Origin: a bacterium
Lineage (GTDB): Bacteria; Chloroflexota; Dormibacteria; Aeolococcales; Bog-877
Assembly (NCBI GenBank): GCA_021785655.1
Contig: JAJYET010000004.1
Location: 8,907-72,906 of the forward strand
Direction: 5' to 3'
DNA: 64,000 nucleotides
The stretch's first letter is position 1. Each line of letters begins with the position of its first letter. Below the pieces are notes generated by a model. It ran no database searches. It saw nothing but the letters and a program-made list of their open reading frames with translations, and was not told the origin of the DNA. Below, piece after piece: positions 47,419 through 55,987 of the stretch. The translations under genes and the position numbers were made by a program.

Positions 47419-47528
47419 TGCCAGCACCTACGATAGCGGGTCCATCCAAACGGTGACATCAGGAAGGGGATTGCCAGCACCTACGATAGCGGGTCCATCC
47501 AAACGGTGACATCAGGAAGGGGATTGCC
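47417..47528. repeat. Perfect 53-bp tandem duplication
   Basis: Units 47417-47469 and 47470-47522, with ATTGCC at the junctions. Confidence 0.95.
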
Positions 47529-47771
47529 TAAATGCATTCGAACGAATCGGCAGGACTTGCACACGGCCATAGCGATCGACATGTCAGCGCGGACGGCATT
47601 CCCCTCCGCCCCCCGCTCAGCACGGACGAAGACCGGCTCGAGGACAAAGTGCCAATCGTCGACCCCGCATATCGGGCACTCTTGTCGTCCGAGGCGTTTG
47701 TCAAGGCCGTCGAAGAAATCTGCGACCGTCGGTGGTTCCGCCGGGGCCCCCTCGTCCCGTTCTGATGTCAT
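47481..47771 (-). CDS. Small zinc-ribbon protein
   Basis: CPICG...CKSC; GGAGG RBS. Confidence 0.7.
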   Translation of the reverse strand: MTSERDEGAPAEPPTVADFFDGLDKRLGRQECPICGVDDWHFVLEPVFVRAERGAEGNAVRADMSIAMAVCKSCRFVRMHLGNPLPDVTVWMDPLS

Positions 47772-47804
47772 GCCTAAGCCCTCCTGCCGCGCCCCTGCCG
47801 CTTC

Positions 47805-48758
47805 TTAGCAGGGGATGACTGTTTGGCCGGTCAGGTCACGATAGGTCAGCCGCCTACCCGAGACCTGACCGAGCACCTTCTCGAACCGCTCGCCGTCGCC
47901 TTCCTCGCGGGTGTTGAACCGTAGCGCCTGCTCATCGAGGTACCGGAACAGGTGAAAGGGCTCCACGCTGACGTAGGTACCGCGAAGCGACCGCTTCAAC
48001 AGGCTCCAGAAGTTCTCGATCCCGTTGGTGTGAACATTCCCCTCGACGTAGGTCACCGCATGGTTGATGACTTGGTGAACATAGTCGGAGTCAAGATCGG
48101 CGTATGAGGCAAGTGCATCGGTGAACACCTGAACCCCCGCCGATACGTTAGCCCGGACCTCGGGGGCCAAGGTCTTCCGGCGAACGTTCTCAACCACCTT
48201 GGCGCGGACTACACTGTGACGTTCGGGGCTGGTGCGCTCCAGCAGGCCCATCACGGCGGCCTTGCCGACACTACCCCGCCCCAGGTGCTTGCGCTTCGCC
48301 TCGTGCTGGAACCTGGCCTTGCCTCCGATGAAAGTCTCGTCAACCTCAACCTGGCCGCTCATCTTCTCGAAACTGTTGGTCCTCATGGCCAGCCGAATCC
48401 GGTGGAGCATGAACCAAGCGGACTTCTGGGAGACGCCGAGCGAGCGGTGGAGTTCGTAGGAGCTGATCCCGTTCCTGGCGCTAGTGATTAGCCAGATGGC
48501 GGGGAGCCACTTGTCGAACCCAAGTGGCGAGTCCTCAAAGATGGTCCCAATCTTGATCGAGAACTGCTGCCGGGGGTGCTTGGCCTTGCAACGCCAGACG
48601 CGGCGGGTAGCGATGAAGTGAACCTCGTGGCTCCCGCAAGTCGGGCAGGTGACCTTGCCATCCGGCCACCGCTGCGCGATGAGGTACTCAAGGCAGCGAT
48701 CCGGGTCAGAGAAGTAGCGGACCGCCTCGAGCAGGGTCTTGATTTCGGGCTTTGCCAT
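47805..48758 (-). CDS. IS1595 (ISXO2-like) transposase
   Basis: RWPDG..CPTCG, GTIFEDS, EVDETFIGG, FTD, VHTNGIENFWSLLKR, YLDE..RFN. Confidence 0.96.
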   Translation of the reverse strand: MAKPEIKTLLEAVRYFSDPDRCLEYLIAQRWPDGKVTCPTCGSHEVHFIATRRVWRCKAKHPRQQFSIKIGTIFEDSPLGFDKWLPAIWLITSARNGISSYELHRSLGVSQKSAWFMLHRIRLAMRTNSFEKMSGQVEVDETFIGGKARFQHEAKRKHLGRGSVGKAAVMGLLERTSPERHSVVRAKVVENVRRKTLAPEVRANVSAGVQVFTDALASYADLDSDYVHQVINHAVTYVEGNVHTNGIENFWSLLKRSLRGTYVSVEPFHLFRYLDEQALRFNTREEGDGERFEKVLGQVSGRRLTYRDLTGQTVIPC

Positions 48759-49838
48759 GCCTCAGAGTATAGCACATCTTGTGAGTGAAGTCTATTATTG
48801 CCCAAACTTGGGCTGGGCGGGCCCAAAGTAATCGGAGGGTATTGCCTTGGCGGCAGGTTTCGACCTCCACCAACCGGGACTGTGAGGTTATCGCCCGACA
48901 ATCACTCCCACTGCATGGAGTCGGCCGCTGGCCTATGCCTACCGCTTCTAGTCGTGAGCGTGCGCCCCAGCCACGGGGGCCCGAAGCGCAAGTGCCCCAG
49001 GCTGTCGATCTTCATAACGAAATCCGTCTGGCCCTCGGTCACAGCCCGCTGCAGCCTATCGTAGAACTCCAGTTTGAACTCATCGATGACTTCAGCCACG
49101 CCCTATCCTCCAGCGGAACCCGCAGTCATGGACCAGCTTGGAGTCTATGCGGTCTGCCCGGTCCACCTACCTTCCGGCCTTCTTCGCCGCGGCTCGGCTA
49201 CCATGACACGGAGCCGCCCCGCCACTCGCCTCTCTCGATTCGACGCTTCCGACGGCTCGTAACCAACGACCGGCACGGCACCAGTCCGGAGGTTCGTCCG
49301 GATTTCACCGCGCATCTGCGTCCAGGGTCCTCAGCCGCGACTGATCCATCGGCTCCCGGGGCTCTTCCCGAACGGCAGGCGTCCGACCCCTGGGAGCCTG
49401 GCGGCAACGGGAACCCTCCGTAGCCTCTGGCTCGGCAACCGAGTGGCAACTCCGAAGGCCAAGTACCTTCCGCATTCCCTGCGAGCGGCGCCCGGGCGCC
49501 ACCGGTAGGTTCGCTCCCAAGATTGCGCCCGGGCGACGGCAGCGCATCCCTGACCGGGTCACACCCTCTTTACTTTGGGTCCTTTGCCCTGGCGAAAGTA
49601 ACCCGGGTCCGATCCGCGACCTCCACCCTTGCCCGCAAGCCAACGTCGACGAATACTCTCCGGGGCCAGCCCCCCCGGCGCCGCGGGGGTCATGGCTGGA
49701 GGTAGCCGCACTCGTGGCTAACGCCCTGTCAGGCGCGCCTAGCCCCCGCATGGGTAGCGCTCTTTAGAAGCGCATCTGTGGAATACTCCTTTGCACTTAC
49801 AGTCAGAACGCACACTTGTGCGACGTCTCGGTAGAGGC

Positions 49839-49892
49839 CTACCCTGACACGGTAGAGGCCCCAGGTTCGACTCCTGGTGCGCCCACCAGCCT
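49839..49892 (+). repeat. attR core (3' part of tRNA-Val)
   Basis: Identical to 30319-30372. Confidence 0.95.
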
Positions 49893-51291
49893 GCCGCGCC
49901 GGTCCATCCGCCGCGGGAGCGGTTGCTGGGTTGGGCTTCATTTGGGGAGCCAGCCCGGAGCCTAACGCACACTCGTCATCACCCGCCCCCTGCGGGATGA
50001 GAGCAGGGGAATGAACAGCCATCCCAACGCGTACCCCAAGTCAGACCTGAACCAGTCGATAGGCTCGGCGCGGGCTGGCGGGAGGGCTGGGGGATGCGGC
50101 GCACGCACCAATTGGGCGCGGTCGCGGGCATGGCTGCCGGTCACAGATGGTGTTCTGGAGGGCCCGGAACAGGTGTGGAGGGGCCGCCGAGGGCGCCATG
50201 GACCCCAGGTAGCCGCGGGGGCGGTCGTGGCGGGTGGCGGGTGCCCTACCCGGTCCGGTCCACGCGAAGGTGGGCCGGGGCCAAGAACTCCTCCTTGTGG
50301 AACATTCCGGAGGCCAGCCGCAGGCGTAGCCGCCGTCGACCCCGAACCAGCCTGGCCGGCCGAAAGCGGCCAGCGGCGCAGCCTCTGGGTGTTGTGGGGC
50401 TGGCCCACGGCCGCGAGCTGCTCACGGGTGAGGATGCCCCGCCAGCGGCCTCGGCCTCGTGCCGCCCCCGGCAGACGTTGCCCGCCGCGAGCACGTAGGT
50501 CGGTGGCGGTCACGGCCACCGTGGCCACCATGTCCCCCGGCTGCCCCAAGCAGGCGGTCTGGCCCACGCCTCGGGATCCGCACCTCGAAATCTCGCACCG
50601 ATCCTCATCAGACCCCGATGTGCGGGGGATGGGGTCTTGACACCGCCCGGTCGGATCGCCGGGACCTCACCTTCCTCACCGCAGGTGTGCCTTCGCGCCC
50701 TTCCCAGACCAGGTCAGTGGATCCTAGGCGCCGCCTTCGCGCTCCACTGCTGGCGCCGCTCGCCATGGGTGAGTTCGATCACAAGCCGCTGCACCGCCTC
50801 CCTGGCCTCGGTGAGCCGGGCAGGCTGGGGTCGTCCGCGGAGAGCGCCGTGGCTGCCAGGGTTTCCAGCCGGCGCCGGACGGATCGGGCATCGCGGAGCA
50901 GGGCGACTCGGGCCTCGGTTCTGCCCGAAAAGGGGACAGAGCAACCGGATGCCCTCTCCACCACCTCGCCCTGCCGGTGCCGATGCACAGCGTTGCCGTC
51001 CTCAGCTCGACCTTTGTCCCTGGAGCGGCTTGCACCTGCTTTAGGAGGATGACCGCCATCTGCTACCCGACCGTGGTGCTACCCCCGAAGACGCTGGGGA
51101 ACGTCCCATCACCGAGGCTCCTCCCGGCAAGCCCCTCACGCTGCCGCGGGGAACTCCATTCGCGGGATGACAATTGCGCTCACCCCGTTTCTCCGGTGTC
51201 CGCTGCCCCTGGGCCCGGGCGTGGGCTACCGCCGGGCCAACTCACCGCCTTCGGTTCCAGGTGGAGAACACGCGGTTCGCCGAGGGGATTG

Positions 51292-51320
51292 TGCTACCGT
51301 GTGGACACCATGAGTAGCAC
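51292..51320 (+). promoter_or_regulatory. Probable TA operator and -10 box
   Basis: GTGCTAC...GTAGCAC inverted repeat around TACCGT and the start codon. Confidence 0.5.
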
Positions 51321-51594
51321 TGTGGGCATAAGGGAGCTGAGGCAGCAGGCCAGCGCGGTGCTCCGGCGGGTTGTCGCGGGCGAGGTAGTGGATGTCACTG
51401 AGCACGGGCATCCCATCGCCCGGATTGTCCCGCTCCGTCCGGGTGTGCTCGACCAGTTGGTGCTCGAGGGGCGCGCCACAGAACAGCAGGATGACCTCCT
51501 CGACCTGCTTGACAACCTGGGCCTGCCGGCGACCGCGGCCGGGGATACGCTCCCCTCCGCAGCGCTGGCTGAGCTGCGTGCGGATGAACGGTAG
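51310..51594 (+). CDS. vapB: Phd/YefM family antitoxin
   Basis: VGIRELRQQASAVLRRV..GEVVDVTEHGHPIARIVP. Confidence 0.92.
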   Translation: MSSTVGIRELRQQASAVLRRVVAGEVVDVTEHGHPIARIVPLRPGVLDQLVLEGRATEQQDDLLDLLDNLGLPATAAGDTLPSAALAELRADER

Positions 51595-51985
51595 GGTCGC
51601 CTACCTCGACTCCTCTGCGTTCGTCAAGCTCCTGGTCATGGAGCCGGAGTCCGCCGCCCTGCGCATGGCCCTGGCAAGATGGCCCGAGCGCGCCTCGGCA
51701 GACCTGCTGCGGACCGAAGTGGTGCGCTCCCTCCGCCGATCGGGCAACGGCGCATTGGTCGGCTCAGCGCGCCGGCTTTTTCGCTCCCTTCGCCTTCTCC
51801 GCGTCGACGAGCTGCTGCTAGACCGGGCCGGGGACCTGGATCCCTTCAAGCTGCGATCTCTGGATGCCATCCACCTGGCGGCGGCGATGACGATCGGGAG
51901 TGATCTCAGCGTCGTCCTTACCTACGACGATCGTCTTCGGGACGCGGCGCAGGCCAGCGGGCTGGTGGTCATGGCGCCTGCCTGA
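51584..51985 (+). CDS. vapC: VapC family PIN toxin
   Basis: YLDSSAFVKL, LRTEV, LRSLDAIHLAAA, TYDDRL. Confidence 0.93.
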   Translation: MNGRVAYLDSSAFVKLLVMEPESAALRMALARWPERASADLLRTEVVRSLRRSGNGALVGSARRLFRSLRLLRVDELLLDRAGDLDPFKLRSLDAIHLAAAMTIGSDLSVVLTYDDRLRDAAQASGLVVMAPA

Positions 51986-52261
51986 CTGCCCCACCTCCGC
52001 GGCCCATCCCTGAATCGGGATGTCGACCGCCTGGCGCAGGGAGACAAGCCACCTCTCCAGCGCCGCCACTATCACTCTCCAAGCTACGGCCCGCCATCGT
52101 CAGTCTTGCTGACTTCAGCCTCCAGCAAGGCAAGGTCCGCGCGACATCTGATGGCCGAAAACGACCATGCTGGTGCCGCCATGCCACATTCGGCAGCACT
52201 CGGCAGGATGAACACAGCGAAGCTGCTGGGATCGCATGCGCCGGCGAATGCCCCACGTCGC

Positions 52262-53167
52262 TCAGTGCCTGCGTGTACCCCAGGATGCGCGATCTTCTCC
52301 TCCTGTGAGGTCCATGCGGCCTCGCTTGATTGAATCTGAGTATCCCTTAAGGAGCAGGAACGCAACCACGTAGCAGCCGATCAGCAGAGCAGTCAAGGCG
52401 ACGAGGTACGGGAGGCTCAGGCCCTGCACCACCGGAGCTGTGTCCATCCTTTCCTCGACCAGGTCCACCGTATTCTGCAGTGTGTAGAGCGGAATGGCTT
52501 GGCAGCACCTGCCGATGTCCACAACGGCGCGGTATTGTCCGTAACGAACGATTGCAGTGGCATCGTAGTACGGCAGCAGCCCTCGACCGCTCGCATACAT
52601 CGACTCGCTTTCGAAAGCGACGCCGGGTCGGATGACGTCGATAATCAACGGTGAAACGGAGGTCGCCCCTACTACCTGAAGTCCCGCCGTGTTCAGTGAG
52701 TATGTGGTTCGTTTTGCGTAGCACGTTCGATATCGGTTAGTTGTCACTTGCCGCTCCAACGCCGCTGCCACGGCACTCGAGGGCTCCACGATGGTGTTGA
52801 TCGTCATGCTGGCTTGATCCGATCCCTTGATGGTCGGGGAGTCGTTGTAGTAGTAGCTGCTGGTCGCAAAGCCCAACAACGTATGCGTGTTGCGAGTGCA
52901 GTTGTTTTCCGGCGGGACGTTCTCATAGGTTTGGGTGCCTGTCGGCGTCCAGCCGTTGGGTCCGGTGCCTGGATACGCCCTGCTGGGCGGGTCTCCTGGC
53001 ATGATGGGCAAGGAGCTGGTCACGGGAACTAGATTCCTCGCCGCATTGGCTGCGGCTGACTGACTCCCGATGAGATATGCGACCAGCAGGCCAATTCCAG
53101 CAAGACCGCCGATCATGGCGATCACCGCGCCAAACAACTTCAATCGAGGCGCGTACATGATGACCAT
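52262..53167 (-). CDS. Hypothetical membrane protein with two TMs around an extracytoplasmic domain
   Basis: N- and C-terminal hydrophobic helices, Thr/Tyr-rich middle with 4 Cys; lower GC than flanks. Confidence 0.7.
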   Translation of the reverse strand: MVIMYAPRLKLFGAVIAMIGGLAGIGLLVAYLIGSQSAAANAARNLVPVTSSLPIMPGDPPSRAYPGTGPNGWTPTGTQTYENVPPENNCTRNTHTLLGFATSSYYYNDSPTIKGSDQASMTINTIVEPSSAVAAALERQVTTNRYRTCYAKRTTYSLNTAGLQVVGATSVSPLIIDVIRPGVAFESESMYASGRGLLPYYDATAIVRYGQYRAVVDIGRCCQAIPLYTLQNTVDLVEERMDTAPVVQGLSLPYLVALTALLIGCYVVAFLLLKGYSDSIKRGRMDLTGGEDRASWGTRRH

Positions 53168-53369
53168 CGGCGCACGTTAGCACACCAGGTCTGACCTGGC
53201 GAGGTGAATCAGCGCCCGGTAGCGCGCTTGGCGCAGGCGACGTGAGTGCCTCGCTGACATAGAGGATTGGGGTTGTCACTAACCCATCGACTCCAAGCGG
53301 GAGGCACCCAGTGGGTGAGGCGCACCGCATCCGGCCCCACGGTTCACGGAGGGGCTGACGACCCTACGG

Positions 53370-54290
53370 TCCCCGGCCACCCCGGCTGCTCCTGGCCCGG
53401 CAGCTGAACCCGAATCTGCACCTGATGGAGCGACTGGACGACGCGCTTGCGGGAGTGCGGCAGTTCAAGCGGAGGCGACGGGGGCTGGGCGGCGCCCAGC
53501 TGCTCTTCTGCCTGGCGGAGTCGATCCTGGCGGGAGGCAGCCATCCGGCCCATCTGGATCCGCCGCGCGGGGATGACGCCGGTCGGGTGCCGTGAGCGGT
53601 GGCGGAGGTGCGCGCTCTGGAGACCACAGCCAGGTGCCGCCGGGGCGCAACCGGCCAGTGCCCGGCGGTGGTCGCCGAGCTGGCCCGGACCGGTGCGGAG
53701 CTGGACCGAGTGCTGGGGCTGCCGGAGTGGTGCCCGGTGCCCCTGGACCTCGACTCCACCACCGCCGAGGCCCAGGGTGAACTGAAGGACCGCACCCCCG
53801 ACAACTACCAGGGGGAGCTCAGGTTTGGCTCCCTGTTCCGCACCTGGGCGGAGCGGCGGCGGGTGCTGGCCGACGGTCTGCGGCCGGGGATCGCGTCGGA
53901 CAGGTCGATCTCCCCTCAGCTGGTTCTGCAGGCCGTGCGCGCCCGGCCCGAGGAGCATGGGGAGGTGCGGCTGCGGGGGACAGCGGATTCTCCGGCGCCG
54001 AGTTGCTTGACCAGTGCCGGCGCCACCGGCTGTGGTTCGGGGTGGCGCCCCACTACCAAGTCATGTGGCACCTGCGGCCGCATTTCTTGCCCACCGGCTG
54101 GCGGCCAGGCCGGGAGGTGGCGGGGGTGCGGTCATCCCCCCCTCGCTGGAGGCACGAGCGGCTGCGGCTTCCGATGCGGCAGGTACGGGACAGAGGCGAA
54201 GGACATCTCCCAGAGCCCTGAGAGCCGGCGGCGGAAGGGCATCCCAAGCGTCAACGGCGACTGGCCCTGAAGGGACTGGTGGGCCACACC
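53370..54290 (+). pseudogene. IS1380-family transposase remnant
   Basis: KRRRRGL, LAESILAGG, LDLDSTT, NYQG, LRPG, VRLRG/DSGF with stops and frameshifts; limits approximate. Confidence 0.7.
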
Positions 54291-54507
54291 TACCCCTATT
54301 CCCTCGGCCCGGACCACCAGTGCCGCTGAGGTTCGTCCAGACCACGAACTTGGGTGATTCGTCCCAGAATACCCTGGCCAGAGTGGAGGCCCAGAGCTGC
54401 CGCTGCAGCGGGCGGCTCACCAGGTGTGGGGGATCGCCACTTAGCGATAGTCTTGGTGCCGACGCCATGCCACCGCCAGCGTGGCGAGGACAGTGCTGGA
54501 GGTGTCG

Positions 54508-55149
54508 ATGGCAGGAGACGGAGGCCGGGCCTGGGCGGAGGCTCACATGGAGCGTGCCGCGCTGGCCGAGGAACTTGCATCCCTCACGGACGTGCAGTGG
54601 GCGCTGCCGTCGCTTTGCGGGCGTTGGGTGATCGAGGACGTGGTCGCCCACCTCACCGCTGCCGCCAGCGTCGGCCCTGGGCGCTGGCTCGCGAGTGTCA
54701 TTAGCGCACGGTTCGACTTCGACCGGCACAACGATCGGCGCCTGGCCGAGCATCGTGGCTCCAGGCCGGCCGAGACCCTCGAACGCTTTCGCCGGGTTGT
54801 GACGAGCACCAGATCCGCCCCCGGGCCCACCGTGGCCTGGTTGGGGGAAATTGTGGTCCACAGTCATGACATCCGCCGGCCCCTGGGGATGCCCCGCACG
54901 CCACCCGTGGAAGTGGTCACCGAGGTCGCCCGCTTCTACGTCCGGCGCAACTTCGCGGTGCCGAGTCGCACCCGCGCGGAGGGGCTCCGCATCGAGGCGA
55001 CCGACGGCCCCTTCGCGGCCGGAGCCGGACCCCTGGTCAGCGGGACGACGCTGGCGCTGACCATGGCCATGGCGGGACGCCGCGCCTACTGCGAGGACCT
55101 CACCGGCCCCGGCGTGTCCACCCTGCTCGCCCGCTGTCCCACCTCCTGA
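54508..55149 (+). CDS. Maleylpyruvate isomerase family (MDMPI/DinB-like) protein
   Basis: QWALPSLCGRWVIEDVVAHL, EIVVHSHDIRRPLG, IEATD, MAGR; GGAGGTG RBS. Confidence 0.9.
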   Translation: MAGDGGRAWAEAHMERAALAEELASLTDVQWALPSLCGRWVIEDVVAHLTAAASVGPGRWLASVISARFDFDRHNDRRLAEHRGSRPAETLERFRRVVTSTRSAPGPTVAWLGEIVVHSHDIRRPLGMPRTPPVEVVTEVARFYVRRNFAVPSRTRAEGLRIEATDGPFAAGAGPLVSGTTLALTMAMAGRRAYCEDLTGPGVSTLLARCPTS

Positions 55150-55464
55150 CCCGGGGCAGCGGAGAGCGACCGCGCCGTCACCCACGGAGGCGGGCGTGGT
55201 CTCGTCGCAAACCGCCCACGGGGGCACCCGGCCCCTGGCCCGAAGCGGCACGGGTGTTCGTCGACTGGCCACGGTTCTGCCCGTGCCCAGGGAGACCCCG
55301 CACCTGGGGACACACTCTGGAGCCCCGAGGGAGCCGGGTTGTCCACACCCGAAGTGGGGAAAAAGAGGATAAGCCAGTTCCTGACCGTGGAGCCGAAATC
55401 ACTTAATTTCTGAGGCTTTTCGCCATTGACAGGGGGCCTTAAGCAGGGCTTAACATGGGCCCCC

Positions 55465-55740
55465 GTGACACCTCCTCGCAGCCCCCGTCCGCCCCGCATC
55501 TGCGCCCGCGCCGGGTGCGGCGCCCCGGTCAAGAAGCCCACGGCCCGGTATTGCAGCGTGGCCTGCTCGTCCCAGGACCCGGAGCGCCGGGCGCGGCTCC
55601 GGGAGCGGGCGCGCTGCGGTCGGATACTCCCTTTGGCACGCCAGCTGCCCCTGGACTTCGACGGCGAGGAGCAGAGGATCGCGGCCCTGGCCGGAGCCCG
55701 GGAGGAGGTGCCCCAGGGACTCTCGCGCTGGGCCGTCTGA
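55465..55740 (+). CDS. Small Cys-rich hypothetical protein
   Basis: CARAGC...YCSVAC; TTGACA at 55426 upstream. Confidence 0.6.
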   Translation: MTPPRSPRPPRICARAGCGAPVKKPTARYCSVACSSQDPERRARLRERARCGRILPLARQLPLDFDGEEQRIAALAGAREEVPQGLSRWAV

Positions 55741-55743
55741 GGC

Positions 55744-55926
55744 TCAGGAGATCGCCGTCCGGGGGCGAACCATCGCCTCGGCGGTGCGGATGTCGGCGGC
55801 CGTGACGGTGACGCGCAGGCTCTGCTCGCAGTGGTGACAGATCAGGTGGAAGGTGGTGGGCCGGGGGATGTCTCGCGCCACCTCCTGTCGAAAGCCACAG
55901 GCCTCGCAGCTGACCACCGCACGCAT
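55744..55926 (-). CDS. Small zinc-ribbon protein
   Basis: CEAC...CHHC, 60 aa. Confidence 0.65.
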   Translation of the reverse strand: MRAVVSCEACGFRQEVARDIPRPTTFHLICHHCEQSLRVTVTAADIRTAEAMVRPRTAIS

Positions 55927-55987
55927 GTGGCCATTGAAGTCGAAGGAGCGGCGGTGAGCGCCGCCGCCAACGGACTGCCACACGCCG

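Larger units (their letters stand above)
46372..48802 (-). mobile_element. IS1595-family element with passenger genes
   Basis: 22-bp TIRs GGTAATAATAGACTTGACGCAC / GGCAATAATAGACTTCACTCAC; 8-bp target duplication CAAACTTG at 46364-46371 and 48803-48810. Confidence 0.93.
30319..49892. mobile_element. ~19.5 kb integrative element (AICE-like) in tRNA-Val(GAC)
   Basis: 54-bp tRNA 3' duplication at both ends, adjacent integrase, Rep/FtsK/SSB/GntR backbone. Confidence 0.92.

Noticed and set aside
47417..47528. Possible CRISPR array
   Set aside because: Two adjacent copies with no spacers; no cas genes in the window
49839..49892. Second functional tRNA-Val gene
   Set aside because: Only the 3' 54 bp match; canonical 5' acceptor strand and D-loop are missing, so treated as attR
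49962..51060. Several overlapping 100-200 aa ORFs
   Set aside because: Arg/Pro/Gly-rich with no recognisable motif; no call can be supported
55305..55456. Chromosomal oriC
   Set aside because: Only one perfect box, no clear unwinding element, no dnaA or dnaN nearby
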